DNA of 64,000 nt, from the NCBI GenBank assembly GCA_020721965.1, contig DYLS01000004.1, positions 9,091 to 73,090 of the forward strand, read 5' to 3'. The DNA comes from Blastopirellula marina (lineage in GTDB: Bacteria; Planctomycetota; Planctomycetia; Pirellulales; Thermoguttaceae). Each line of letters opens with the position of its first letter. Within the stretch, counting starts at the first letter, position 1. Position numbers and translations under genes: made by a program. The notes under the pieces are model-generated. The model was not told the origin of the DNA, ran no database searches, and saw only the letters and a program-made list of their open reading frames with translations. This document shows, in pieces, positions 28,493 to 38,960 of the stretch.

Positions 28493-31400
28493 TCATCCCC
28501 GGACCTTGGCCCACTGGCGGTCCAGCCGTTGCGGGGAAACCGAGAAGTCGGTCCCGAGGGACTGAGCGAATAACGATACGCGATACTCTTCGAGCATCCA
28601 GCGAAAGCGAATCAGCTCGGGATCGAAGATATCCCATTCTTGGTGCCGTTTTCGTCGCTCACAAAAGGCATCCCAATACGGACGAAAGATGGCCGAAGTC
28701 TGGCGGTCCCGGAGCACGCCACCCAGTTTCAGGGCCTCGATCCGGCGGCAGATGGCCTTGAAATAGCGTGGATAGGCCCGCAGGCGGCTCCAGGGGGTCT
28801 GGGTCAAAAACCCGGGTTGGGTAAGCTCGGCCAGCTGCTCCGTCATATCGGCCCGCGCCTCTTCCCACTGGGTCGATTCCGCCGCGTCCAGCGCCATGCG
28901 AGCCGCGTGATAGCCCTCCAACAATGGCCGGATGATAATCAGGACCTCTTGTACGGCGATGGGGAGGCGTTTCCACCCCCGCCGCCGCAACTCGTCGAAT
29001 TGCTGGGCGGTGCGGGGGAGTCCGCCCCAATGGCCGATCTCCCACGGCCCAACCAAGGTCTCGTCCAGGAAAGCCCGATCCGCCAGCAACAGATTCAATT
29101 CCGCTGCAAAATCGAACTGCGGCAACGTGGCGCTCAGCAGTTCCAGCCGGCGACGGTCGGGGAACTGATCCCAATGCGGATCGAGGCGTGGAAGCATTTC
29201 GAAGGCCAGCAACCGGCGAATGCCAAAGCGGGACAATACGGCCGCCCGCGCCGCGCTATCCACCAGCCGCAGGGAAACGGCGTCGCCGTCATCCACGAGA
29301 GAGGGAAAGGCCCGCATGCCGATCCCGCCCCGCATGACCTCGACGACTTCTGGCAAGGTGGGCCACGCCCAGCGACGGATGCCGTCCCGGTGCCACTGCG
29401 GATCGTCCACGGCGGCGAAGGCCCGATCCACCTCCGTCCCCAAGGCCCGACGCAGGGATTCCCAGTCTCGGCCCACCGCCAAAGGCTTTCCCTCGGCGTC
29501 CACCACGCGGACACAAAACTGCATCTCCGGCGGGAGTCGATCGAGCTGGAAGTCTCGCGGCCGAATATCCTCGCTGGCCAATCGTGATAAGGCGTCAGCT
29601 ACGGTGGCCAAGAACCGGCCCTCCCCGAACGAGAGTTCGCGAACCGCTCGCTCCGCAGACTCCTGGGCCGGAATGAGCTTTCGCCGCAGCTCCTTGGGCA
29701 ACGACTTGATCAGGGCGCAGACCTTTTCCCGCAATAGCCCTGGAACCAGCCAGGCCAGTCGATCGGGATTGAGGCTGGGGAACAATTCCACGGGGACCGT
29801 GAGGGTCACGCCGTCATCTTCCTCGCCGGGGGCGAAGCGATATTGGAGCGGCACGGGCGTGGTGCCCACTAAAAGCGTATCGGGAAAGGCGTCAGGCTCC
29901 CGAGGCTGCTCCTCGCGGACCACGTCGCGGGCCGTCATGTGCAGGATGGACCGGTCCCGTTTGCTCGCCCCGCGCCACCACCTCAGCAGGCCGCGCAGGT
30001 CGTACACATGGTGCGGGATACGCTGGTCGTAGAAGTCGAATTGCGCCCAAGACCCGAGCAGCAGATCGACGCGGCGCATGCGGACCTGAAGCTCCTCCAT
30101 TTCTTTGACAAGGCGGCGATTGTGCCCGAAGAAGGCCGCCTTGCATTCTACCTCCCCCTCCACCAGACCGTGTCGGATGAGCATTTCACGGGCCAGGACG
30201 GGGTCAACGGGGCCTAGCGCCCTCCGCCGCCGCGGCACGACTGGGAGACCTTGCAGGGTGACCTTCTCGAAGATCATGGCGGCTCCCTGACGGCGACTCC
30301 AATAGGGGTCCACGTAATCCCGCCGGACCAGGTGCGGGGCCAGGTCTTCGATCCAGGCGGGGTCGACCCGGGCACAAGTTCGCAGATAGCGCCTTCCGGT
30401 CTCGACGATCTCGGCCGCCACGACCCAATGCGGCTGGGATTCGAACAGCCCCGAGCCGGGCCACAGGTTGGCCTTGCCCCCGCCCGCCGTCTGATACTCG
30501 TGCCCTTCCTTGCGATAAGCGGTGTTGGTGAGAAACCCGGTCAGGATGGCGCGGTGGATCGCCGCGTAGTCGCGACTGTGCCGGGGAGAGGCCACCCCGG
30601 CCTCGCGGACCAGCGATTGGAGTTCCCGATAGACATCACCCCATTCGCGGAGACGATTGTACGACAGAAAATTCTGAGCGCAGGCCTTTTGCAATTGACT
30701 GCGGGACAATTTGGCTTTCAAGCCCTGATAGAAATCCCAAAGGTTCAGATAGGCGATAAAATCGGACTGGGCGTCCTGGTATCGCGCATGCGCGGCATCC
30801 GCGTCGGCCGCGCGGTCTTGCGGGCGGAGTCGCGGATCATCGACCTCCAGCCCCGCCGCCAGGATCAGAATCTCGTGCAGGCAACCCTCTTCCCGCGCTG
30901 CGAGAAGGATTCGCCCGATGCGGGGATCGACCGGTATCCGTGCCAATTCCCGGCCCAATGCCGTCAAGTTGCCGCTCTCATCCACGGCTTGCAGTTCCCA
31001 CAGCGTCTTCAGACCGTCGCGGACGGCGTCTGGCCGCGGGGGATCCAAAAAGGGAAACGTCCCGGGATCGCCAAGCCGGAGGGCCTTGAGCTGGAGGATG
31101 ACGTTGGCCAGGTTCGTTCGCAGAATCTCGGGAGGCGTGTAACGATCGCGGCGTTCCAAGTCGGCGGCGTCATACAAGCGAATGCACACGCCGGGCCCTT
31201 CCCTCCCGCAGCGACCCTTTCGCTGTTCCGCCGAGGCCTGCGAGATCGGTTCGATCGGCAGTCGCTGGGTCTTCGTCCGCGGAGAATAGCGGCTGATCCG
31301 GGCCACGCCGCTATCCACCACACAGCGGATGCCGGGCACTGTTAGCGACGACTCGGCCACGTTCGTCGCGATGATGATCCGCCGACGGCCATGGGGTTGA

Positions 31401-32428
31401 AAAATGCGTTGCTGTTCATTGACGGACAGGCGGGCATACAAAGGGATGATTTCGGATTCGCGGAGCCGATCGTCGCCGGCAACTCCCGCTGCCCGAAGCA
31501 AACGCGCCACTTCGTGGATGTGCCTTTCTGTGGGCATGAAGACCAAGATGTCGCCCGCGGCGGCCTCAAGGGCCTCCCGCACGGCATCCACCGTCCCTTC
31601 TTGCCAATTCGATTCGTCGGCCGCCTCGTCCGCCACCGGCGGGCGGTAACGGACTTCCACCGGATAGCTGCGCCCGGAGACCTCGATCACGGGAGCGGGT
31701 ACGCCGTGGTGCGAGAAATGCCGCGCGAAGCGCTCGGCGTCGATCGTGGCCGACGTAATGATCACCCTCAGATCCGACCGCCGTTCCAGCAACCGCCGGA
31801 GATAGCCCAAGAGAAAATCGATGTTCAACGATCGCTCGTGGGCCTCGTCGATGATCAGGGTATCGTACTGTTCCAGAAAGCGGTCCGATTGCGTCTCGGC
31901 CAGGAGGATGCCATCCGTCATGACCTTGATGTAGGTGTCCGGGCCGGTGGCGTCGGCGAAACGGACTTTGAAACCGACCTCCTTGCCCAACGGCACGCGC
32001 AGCTCTTCGGCGATTCTGGCGGCCACAGCCCGGGCAGCAATCCTCCGCGGCTGGGTATGGCCGATCATCCCCGCGATCCCCCGGCCCAATTTCAAGCACA
32101 GCTTGGGCAACTGCGTGGACTTGCCGGAACCCGTCTCCCCGCAGACAACCACCGCTGGATGCGAACGGATGGCCGCCGCCACATCGTCCAATGCCTGGAG
32201 AATCGGTAAACTGCCCGCAAACTCCACGTTGGGCACGTTTTCCGCACGGCGTGCGCGTCGGGAAGCCGATGCCTCGGCCCGCTCCCGCAGCCGTTTCAGG
32301 GCCAACCCGTTTCGCCCGTCGGTGGAGGTACTACGGGCAAGACGGGCCAGGTCGCGGCTCAGGGAAAAGCGATCCGCTAACATGACATCCGCCAAGATTC
32401 CACGGATTTCGTCGAGCGCGGCGTTCAT
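28493..32428 (-). CDS. hrpA: ATP-dependent RNA helicase HrpA
   Basis: GETGSGKSTQLPK, HTQPRRIAAR, DEAHERSLNIDFLLG, SATID, ATNVAESSLTVPG, QRKGRCGR, C-terminal RWMLEEYRVSLFAQ. Confidence 0.97.
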   Translation of the reverse strand: MNAALDEIRGILADVMLADRFSLSRDLARLARSTSTDGRNGLALKRLRERAEASASRRARRAENVPNVEFAGSLPILQALDDVAAAIRSHPAVVVCGETGSGKSTQLPKLCLKLGRGIAGMIGHTQPRRIAARAVAARIAEELRVPLGKEVGFKVRFADATGPDTYIKVMTDGILLAETQSDRFLEQYDTLIIDEAHERSLNIDFLLGYLRRLLERRSDLRVIITSATIDAERFARHFSHHGVPAPVIEVSGRSYPVEVRYRPPVADEAADESNWQEGTVDAVREALEAAAGDILVFMPTERHIHEVARLLRAAGVAGDDRLRESEIIPLYARLSVNEQQRIFQPHGRRRIIIATNVAESSLTVPGIRCVVDSGVARISRYSPRTKTQRLPIEPISQASAEQRKGRCGREGPGVCIRLYDAADLERRDRYTPPEILRTNLANVILQLKALRLGDPGTFPFLDPPRPDAVRDGLKTLWELQAVDESGNLTALGRELARIPVDPRIGRILLAAREEGCLHEILILAAGLEVDDPRLRPQDRAADADAAHARYQDAQSDFIAYLNLWDFYQGLKAKLSRSQLQKACAQNFLSYNRLREWGDVYRELQSLVREAGVASPRHSRDYAAIHRAILTGFLTNTAYRKEGHEYQTAGGGKANLWPGSGLFESQPHWVVAAEIVETGRRYLRTCARVDPAWIEDLAPHLVRRDYVDPYWSRRQGAAMIFEKVTLQGLPVVPRRRRALGPVDPVLAREMLIRHGLVEGEVECKAAFFGHNRRLVKEMEELQVRMRRVDLLLGSWAQFDFYDQRIPHHVYDLRGLLRWWRGASKRDRSILHMTARDVVREEQPREPDAFPDTLLVGTTPVPLQYRFAPGEEDDGVTLTVPVELFPSLNPDRLAWLVPGLLREKVCALIKSLPKELRRKLIPAQESAERAVRELSFGEGRFLATVADALSRLASEDIRPRDFQLDRLPPEMQFCVRVVDAEGKPLAVGRDWESLRRALGTEVDRAFAAVDDPQWHRDGIRRWAWPTLPEVVEVMRGGIGMRAFPSLVDDGDAVSLRLVDSAARAAVLSRFGIRRLLAFEMLPRLDPHWDQFPDRRRLELLSATLPQFDFAAELNLLLADRAFLDETLVGPWEIGHWGGLPRTAQQFDELRRRGWKRLPIAVQEVLIIIRPLLEGYHAARMALDAAESTQWEEARADMTEQLAELTQPGFLTQTPWSRLRAYPRYFKAICRRIEALKLGGVLRDRQTSAIFRPYWDAFCERRKRHQEWDIFDPELIRFRWMLEEYRVSLFAQSLGTDFSVSPQRLDRQWAKVRG

Positions 32429-33077
32429 GGAAGCTCGGGGGAATAGGAAAACCGATTCGTTACAAGGCAGCACGGCCTGCTTTCATTCGCTCGCCCCAGC
32501 GGCCGCGACTGTCACCGGTTGCTCCTGACCGTTTGCTACTAAAATGCGAAAAATGATGTCGGGAACAAATCTGGCACCCGATGAGGACGCAGCTTCTGCC
32601 TCTTCCTTCATGTTAACGCGCAACACAAAACAAAGGGCAGCCCGTCCGGCGGGGACGCAGATCGCGATTACCGGCCGCTCACGCTGACGCACGCGGGCCG
32701 TGAGATCGGCTACAATCGCAGGTGGGGGAATCCCGGTGGAGTACAATAGACAAAGCCGGGGAGAAACTCGACCGACTGACTGTTTCAGCGGCGGTATCTC
32801 GGCGAAAGCCAGCGCCCCGCGGACGGCGGAACGAGGCCTCGATAGCCGGAAAGGTTCATATTCTCGGGTTCCCATCCTATGGGTGGACACTGCGTCACGG
32901 CACCGCCCTGGGAGACCGCCCACCGCGGTGCCCGAGATGCAGAAGTCACAAGGACGCCGGTTATCCGAGCCGGTCTCCGCGGTCGCTGGTCACTCCTGCG
33001 GCCGATTTTCCGGGATCGCAAAGATGGTTTTTCAGCACTGGATCAGGGCAACGATTCACGAAGCGGCAGGCGAGGCC

Positions 33078-33947
33078 ATGCGGCAGGCCCTCGGCGATTC
33101 CCTTCGTTCCTCCCGCGCAGCATCCGACCCGCCATCCGATCAGCAAGCACATCCATCCCATTCAGCCGCCGAAGAACAGGGCGGTATCGAATTTCCCGTC
33201 CAAGTCGGTATCGTGGTCGCTCTCCCCGCGGAGGCGGAGGCGATTAAAAAAAAGATGGAAAACCCAATCGCCTTGGTCGGCGAGGGATTCACGGCCTACG
33301 CGGGGCGGATCGGCCCCTGTCCCACAGCCATTGTGACGGCTGGGCCCGGCGAAGAGCCAGCCCGGCGTGCCACCGCCGCGCTATTATTGGGACACCGCCC
33401 TCGGTATATATTGGCGGCAGGCTTTGCAGGCGGGCTAGTCCCACAACTCGATCGCTACGATATCGTAATCCCCAGTGTCTTGCTGCACCACACCGGCCGA
33501 AAACTGCGGCTAGACGCTCCCCCCGCCTTCGGCGCTGAAGATGGCGTCGAGTCCCGCGGCCAGCCTTGGAAGATCGGCCCCCTGCTCACTGCCCAGCGCG
33601 TGATTCGCGAACCGGAAGAAAAACAGCGGCTGGCGGCGGAGACGGGCGCGTGGGCCGTCGACATGGAAAGCTTCGCCGTCGCCGAGGTCTGCCGCGCCGC
33701 AAAAATCCCCATGCTCGCCGTCCGCGTGATCTCCGACACCTGGGATGAGCGATTGCCCAAGGAGGTGGCCTATCTGCTGGATAAGCGGCATCTCGCCCAG
33801 CAGGTGGGTTACGCGGCCGGGGCTATCATCCGCCGTTGGGCCACACTGAAGGAGTTGTGGCGACTCTACGAAGTCACCGTCAAGGCTGGTGACCGACTGG
33901 CCGATTTCATCGCTACGGTGTCGCCGCATTTCTCACGACCACCGTAA
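33078..33947 (+). CDS. PNP/MTA-SAH nucleosidase (purine/uridine phosphorylase) family protein
   Basis: VGIVVALPAEA, ILAAGFAGGL, AVDMESFAVAEVC, LAVRVISD. Start uncertain (33024 or 33078). Confidence 0.8.
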   Translation: MRQALGDSLRSSRAASDPPSDQQAHPSHSAAEEQGGIEFPVQVGIVVALPAEAEAIKKKMENPIALVGEGFTAYAGRIGPCPTAIVTAGPGEEPARRATAALLLGHRPRYILAAGFAGGLVPQLDRYDIVIPSVLLHHTGRKLRLDAPPAFGAEDGVESRGQPWKIGPLLTAQRVIREPEEKQRLAAETGAWAVDMESFAVAEVCRAAKIPMLAVRVISDTWDERLPKEVAYLLDKRHLAQQVGYAAGAIIRRWATLKELWRLYEVTVKAGDRLADFIATVSPHFSRPP

Positions 33948-33960
33948 GCCCACGCCGATG

Positions 33961-34138
33961 CCGTATCCTTTTTTGATCCCCCAACGCAACGTCTTTCTTT
34001 AATCCCACAGCGCAACGTCCGCCCGATTGCACGATGTGCGCGGCCTATGTTGCAAGTCGTTATATCCCATCACCACAGGCCGTTGAACCGAGCAAACCAC
34101 CCTGCGCTGTAGCATGAATACCCGTACCCTTTTTTGAT
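33961..34138 (+). repeat. Pair of 17-bp direct repeats 161 bp apart
   Basis: CCGTATCCTTTTTTGAT (33961-33977) and CCGTACCCTTTTTTGAT (34122-34138). Confidence 0.7.
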
Positions 34139-34314
34139 ACGGATACCCGCCTCCCACGAGCGATCACCCCCATTTGCCTTCCGGGGGTGCCACCCTGCAT
34201 CGTCTGAGACGGCCATACAACAATGCATAGAAGTACATACGGCGACACACAAAGAGTGCCCCACTTCGCACAACCCGATTTCATCTGGACTCTACGGAGA
34301 GGAGGGAACGCAAG

Positions 34315-34629
34315 ATGTCCGCACCGCGTCCTGTGGCATTGACTCTGGAGGGGAGCGATCTCGTCATTGCATGGAATGACGGACACCGCAAGCGGTACGC
34401 GCCGCAGCGACTCAGGGGATTGTGCCCCTGCGCGGGCTGCAATGAGGCCCGGCGGCACGCCGATCCGCCCCTCCCCCTCGATGCGACTTTGCCCGATATC
34501 CCCCAAACCATCGCCTACCGCTCGGTCAGCCCCGTCGGCAATTACGCCTACAAGATCGGCTTCAGCGATGGTCACGACACGGGCATTTTCACGCTGGAGA
34601 ATCTTTATCGCTGGGGCGACGATGCATGA
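34315..34629 (+). CDS. DUF971 / gamma-butyrobetaine hydroxylase N-terminal-like protein
   Basis: IAWNDGH, LRGLCPCAGC, VGNYAYKIGFSDGHDTGIFT. Confidence 0.92.
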   Translation: MSAPRPVALTLEGSDLVIAWNDGHRKRYAPQRLRGLCPCAGCNEARRHADPPLPLDATLPDIPQTIAYRSVSPVGNYAYKIGFSDGHDTGIFTLENLYRWGDDA

Positions 34630-34708
34630 GACCGCAAGGAGAGGCTGCCCGGCCACGAGCGGTATGGCTGTTGCTTTGGCGACCAGCGTATGACGGGCCG
34701 ACACATCC

Positions 34709-34778
34709 GGCGATGCGCCACTAGCAACGCACCACTGGCGATGCGCTACTAGCAATGCGATTCTGGCGATACGCTATA
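34709..34778 (+). repeat. Degenerate 14-bp tandem repeat x5 (28-bp higher-order period)
   Basis: ggcgatgcgccact / agcaacgcaccact / ggcgatgcgctact / agcaatgcgattct / ggcgatacgctata. Confidence 0.75.
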
Positions 34779-35202
34779 GGAAGTCGACCTTGCGGGGTCG
34801 CCAAGACCGCCACGCGGGGCGCTCCGGCGGCACAAGCACCGTCAATAGCACGACGATCGCCGCTATCGCCGTATAGGCGGTCACGAACACCCACGGTGGG
34901 GCCTCGTAAAAGAGGATCCTATCGATCCAGTGGCCGACAAAAGAGCCGGGATACACTTCCACCCCGGCCAGCCTCCGCAGATACTTCTCTAAGGTCGTCA
35001 GGGGGCACTCGATCCGCAGCCAGGCCTGAAGGGCTACGATGCCGATCATCGCCAGATGCGTCGCCCGAATCCAAAATCTCCGCACCCATTTCCAGCGCAG
35101 GAAGACACCCAGCGGGATCAGGACTAACCCCAGCAGCACCATGGCCACATAGGCAAAGTGCAGGGTAATCACCAGATCAGCGAGATAGGCGTAGAGACGC
35201 AT
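34774..35202 (-). CDS. DUF2784-family membrane protein
   Basis: LADLVITLHFAYV, RATHLAMIGIV, CPLTTLEKYLR, FVGHWIDRILFY. Start moved to MRLYAY (35202). Confidence 0.85.
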   Translation of the reverse strand: MRLYAYLADLVITLHFAYVAMVLLGLVLIPLGVFLRWKWVRRFWIRATHLAMIGIVALQAWLRIECPLTTLEKYLRRLAGVEVYPGSFVGHWIDRILFYEAPPWVFVTAYTAIAAIVVLLTVLVPPERPAWRSWRPRKVDFL

Positions 35203-35616
35203 GGCTCGTGTCGTCCTCCGGTCAGGGATGGGCGATGGGCTACCGTCATCGGCCTCAGACTCGCCTGACCCGTTGGGATGGCCCGCCAACAACAGACCCT
35301 GTCGGCATCGGTGGAGGGGCCTTTGTCGCCGAAAAAACCACGCCTGGCCCGACGCCGGCTCACGACCGCATCCCCGTATATTAGATGCACCGGGAACGGC
35401 AATTATTCCCAGGTCTCGGCCAATCCCAGATCGCGGGGCAAGATCGGCCGCCATCCCCGCCCATCCGCCCAGCCGCCACCGAAGAAACCATCCCGCCGAT
35501 TCAACAGAAGGGCCACCCCCGCTCGCCCGAAAGTCGATGACGGAAAACCGCGGCTCTGCGGACACGACCTTTCTGGCATGAAAAACCCGTCATCCACGCA
35601 CAGAGTCGCTGCGGAC

Positions 35617-35871
35617 GTAACCGTTCACGAGGGGGCAGTCGTTCACAGGGATTCTCCTCACTGCAAAACGGCTCGTCCCCCTGTCATTTCGAGCGAAGCG
35701 AGAAATCTTTTCGACACAGGACTAGGATTTCTCCTCGATGGCGCTCGTCGAAATGACACTGCTGGCGCTCGTCGAAATGACATTCCGTTCCCCACTCAAG
35801 GAACCTCTGGAACCTCTCACCCTGGTTGTTTCACCAAGCCTTCCCATTACAGCTCAGCCGTGAACGGTTAC
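35617..35871. mobile_element. MITE family A, intact 255-bp long subtype with perfect TIRs, an 8-bp TSD and an internal REP-like hairpin
   Basis: GTAACCGTTCACG (35617) ... CGTGAACGGTTAC (35871); CTGCGGAC on both sides (35609-35616 and 35872-35879); internal TGTCATTTCGAGCGAAGCGAGAAATCT...GATTTCTCCTCG...CGTCGAAATGACA (35682-35782). Confidence 0.95.
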
Positions 35872-35892
35872 CTGCGGACGGAAGCGATTCCC

Positions 35893-36741
35893 CTACGGCA
35901 GAATCCGACATCGGCGGAGAATTTCGGCCGGCGGCACGAGGTAGCCGCTATAAAACGGCCCAAACTCCGCATATTTCGCGCTGGCCTCGTCGTATCGCAT
36001 GCGGTATACGATGTCCTTCAAGAACTGCGGGTTCCGCGCCCAGAGCGAAACTCCCCACTCCCAGTCCTCCAAACCAATCCCGACTGTCACCAATTGCGTC
36101 ACCTTACCGGCAAAGGCGATCCCGCTCTCTCCGTGTTCCGCCATCAGGCGCTCCCGCGTCTCGAAATCCAGCAGGAACCAGTTGGCATCCGGAAGACGCC
36201 GCTTATTCATGGGATAAAAGCAAAAGGCAGGCCAGCTCGGGATGTCCGGATAGAGACGCTGCCGCCTCATGATCTCCAGTCGCTTGACGTACTGCGACAA
36301 CCGCCGCTGAAATTCCTCTTCACCCCGTTTCAGCCCCTCTTCCTCTAGCCGCTGAGCATATCGCTGTTCGTCTGGGAGGTATTCCGATACCTCTGTCATC
36401 GAGACAAAAGACCAGACCGGATTGATCGCCGGTCCCAGCGAACCGTTGAGCAATTCCTGATGCACGGCATCGAGCCTCATCGGATCCGAGTCCAACATCA
36501 TGATTCCGAAGTCGGCCTTATGACCCATCACCAAAAAGGTCTGCATCGCAGCGGGACCAGCCGCATCCTGGCCTTTTACCAGCAAGTCGCAAAAATGGCG
36601 GCAACCGTCCATCCGCTCCGCTGGCCCCAGCGTCCGCAATTGCTTTCGATCGAACCGGTAGAACACGTGAAGACAATGCCGCCCCTCCGTCGGGGACAGC
36701 GAAATCTCTGGTCGCGGCGACGATTCTCGAGAATCACTCAT
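35893..36741 (-). CDS. chdC: Coproheme decarboxylase (HemQ/ChdC), chlorite dismutase-like family
   Basis: FCFYPMNKRR (catalytic Tyr/Lys), NWFLL...LMAEHG (proximal His), KVTQL (Gln rather than the Cld Arg), DWEWGV, MRYDEASAKYAEFGPFY. Confidence 0.85.
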   Translation of the reverse strand: MSDSRESSPRPEISLSPTEGRHCLHVFYRFDRKQLRTLGPAERMDGCRHFCDLLVKGQDAAGPAAMQTFLVMGHKADFGIMMLDSDPMRLDAVHQELLNGSLGPAINPVWSFVSMTEVSEYLPDEQRYAQRLEEEGLKRGEEEFQRRLSQYVKRLEIMRRQRLYPDIPSWPAFCFYPMNKRRLPDANWFLLDFETRERLMAEHGESGIAFAGKVTQLVTVGIGLEDWEWGVSLWARNPQFLKDIVYRMRYDEASAKYAEFGPFYSGYLVPPAEILRRCRILP

Positions 36742-37197
36742 GATTGGAACTGCTTCTCCTCAATGCCATACCATCCAAGCTCGCCGACTTCGAGCGGCAC
36801 AACTACAACCTACTGATCCCTAGCCCCTACTCTCGGAAGACCCCATCTGCGAACCCTGGTCGATAAACTCGGACGCATACGCGGTCAAGGACGCTCACCA
36901 CGGGACGCTGGCGCAGAGCAGCCCGCCTTTTCTGGACCGCATGGGTCACCTGAGGCTATTGTTGTGTCCGAACTCTCGACGAGACAAGCCGCGCTGCGAA
37001 CAGAACGGCATAGGCGATACCGCCGCACCGCGCGTAGCACTTCGCGTCCTGAAAGAAGGCGATCCGGATCGCACACGCTTTGGCCAGCCGACGAACTCGA
37101 GGAATCAAGGCTTGCCAGTGGCCGATTCGTTCTAGCGCGGGTGACGCGGAGCCTCAAGCCGCCAGCAATCTTGCAACAGGCATCCCCAAGGCAGCGC

Positions 37198-37584
37198 TCA
37201 ACTCAACAGCCGCTGGACACTTTCGATCAACCGATCCATCGGAAAGGGCTTGCGGATGTAATCGTCCACGCCCAACATCTCGGCATAGGCCTTGTGACGG
37301 TTGCCTTCGTTGGCAGTAATCATGATCACCCGGGTAGGGACCTTGCGAGTTTGCCGGAGTCGCTCCAACACCAGAAACCCGCTTCGCTTGGGCATCATCA
37401 TGTCCAAGATCACCAGATCGGGGTCTTGCGTATCGGCCAAGGTCAGCCCCTGATTCCCGTCTCGGGCGACCAAAATCTCGTAGCCCAACGCCCCCAGAGC
37501 GATGCGCATCGACTCGATAATCTCCGGGTCGTCGTCCACCAGCAAAATACGCTTGCGGACATGCGCATTTCCGCTGGTTTCCAT
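37198..37584 (-). CDS. Single-domain response regulator (receiver)
   Basis: ILLVDDD, DLVILDMMMP, IMITAN, GVDDYIRKPF. Start moved to METSGN (37584). Confidence 0.93.
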   Translation of the reverse strand: METSGNAHVRKRILLVDDDPEIIESMRIALGALGYEILVARDGNQGLTLADTQDPDLVILDMMMPKRSGFLVLERLRQTRKVPTRVIMITANEGNRHKAYAEMLGVDDYIRKPFPMDRLIESVQRLLS

Positions 37585-38011
37585 CTCTCGCTCTTGCGTC
37601 CCAGCGGCGTCCTCGGCAGGGCGATCATCCGTTTCGGCAAATCTTGAGGGACACATCGTGGCAGACCTTACTCGGGTTGGAGGGAGGGGCAAGCCATTTT
37701 CGAGAAACGCAGACACGCAGTATAAACCCATTACCGCACATCCGCCATACGACCACCAGCCGGTTCTCCCGGGCGATCGCACGCGATCCGAAAAATCATC
37801 CGCTCACAACCATCATCTTCCGCCATCCCGAGTCGAAATGCAACCCGAGATACCCACCCTCATTAGTTATCTTATACCAATCTAGAGTACTATATGGGTT
37901 GCATTGAAGATCAAAAGTGTCGCGAGCCAATTCCGCGCGGCCACGATACGGATTTGACAGCGACCCTCCGAACGGTCATGATTTGAATTGTGGATGAACG
38001 GAGCGGGCCGG

Positions 38012-38040
38012 GGAACTTCTCCTCCAAAAGATGCGTCTCT
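38012..38040 (+). promoter_or_regulatory. Candidate autoregulatory ECF promoter
   Basis: GGAACTT-N15-CGTCT, about 16 nt upstream of the GTG of the ECF sigma gene. Confidence 0.6.
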
Positions 38041-38055
38041 AGTTACGGATTGGCC

Positions 38056-38616
38056 GTGAACGACATCGATCAATTGATCCAGGCCACGCTGCATGGGGAC
38101 ACGAGTGCGTTCGGGCGGCTTGTAAAAAAATACCAAGACCGCCTGTACAATACCATGCTCCACGTGGTGGGCGACGCCGATGAGTGCCTGGATGTTGTTC
38201 AAGAGGCCTTCGTCCAGGCATACCTCAATTTGGCTTCGTTCGAGGGCCACAGCGCCTTTTACACTTGGCTGTATCGTATTGCGTTCAATGTGGCGGCCAC
38301 ACACCGCCGCAAGAAAAAGCCAGTTCAATCGGTCGATGCAGCCTACGAAGGGTCGGGACGCGAAATCCCCGACCATGCCGCAAATCCGGAATTCCCTCTG
38401 GAACAGGAAGAGCGCTGCCGTCGCGTGCGGGAGGCCATTGCGAGCTTGAGCGAGGAACATCGGGCGATCCTCGTCCTGCGCGAAATCGACGGCTGTTGTT
38501 ATGAGACGATTGCCGAAATACTAAACATCCCTGTCGGCACCGTCCGCAGTCGCCTGCACCGCGCTCGACTCATGCTTCGCGACAAGCTGAAACAAACGTA
38601 TGCCGATTTACTGTAA
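38056..38616 (+). CDS. ECF RNA polymerase sigma factor
   Basis: AFGRLVKKYQDRLY, DVVQEAFVQAY, FYTWLYRIAFN, YETIAEILNIPVGTVRSRLHRAR. GTG start at 38056. Confidence 0.95.
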   Translation: MNDIDQLIQATLHGDTSAFGRLVKKYQDRLYNTMLHVVGDADECLDVVQEAFVQAYLNLASFEGHSAFYTWLYRIAFNVAATHRRKKKPVQSVDAAYEGSGREIPDHAANPEFPLEQEERCRRVREAIASLSEEHRAILVLREIDGCCYETIAEILNIPVGTVRSRLHRARLMLRDKLKQTYADLL

Positions 38617-38960
38617 TACTTGACAAAATCGCTTGGGTATAAACCTTCGGTGCGAAAGTTTGTCCATTAAAATCTTGAAATCATCTGGCCAATGGGAGGA
38701 TTTAGGGAACTCAGAAGTACCTGCCGGACATCAAAAGCGCGGAGGGCTATCTAGCTCAGCGGACCAAGACCCTTGAAATAGGTGGACTGTAATCCACTCT
38801 ATAGAGTGTGTCACTAGTACATCGGCCGATGATCGTAACCCGGGCAAGTCGGAGGTCGGGAACGTCACCTCCGGAACGTGGCGAGGAAAACCGAACCCAA
38901 GATCAAACCTAAACCCAAAGGTTCCAAAACGCGGAAGAACACAAAATAACGAGTGGCGTT

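Noticed and set aside
33944-33956. GTAAGCCCACGCC as another IS66 end
   Set aside because: It coincides with the nucleosidase stop codon; no inverted partner or TSD was found.
35893-36741. Chlorite dismutase
   Set aside because: The distal catalytic Arg is replaced by Gln and the ChdC Tyr/Lys motif is present.
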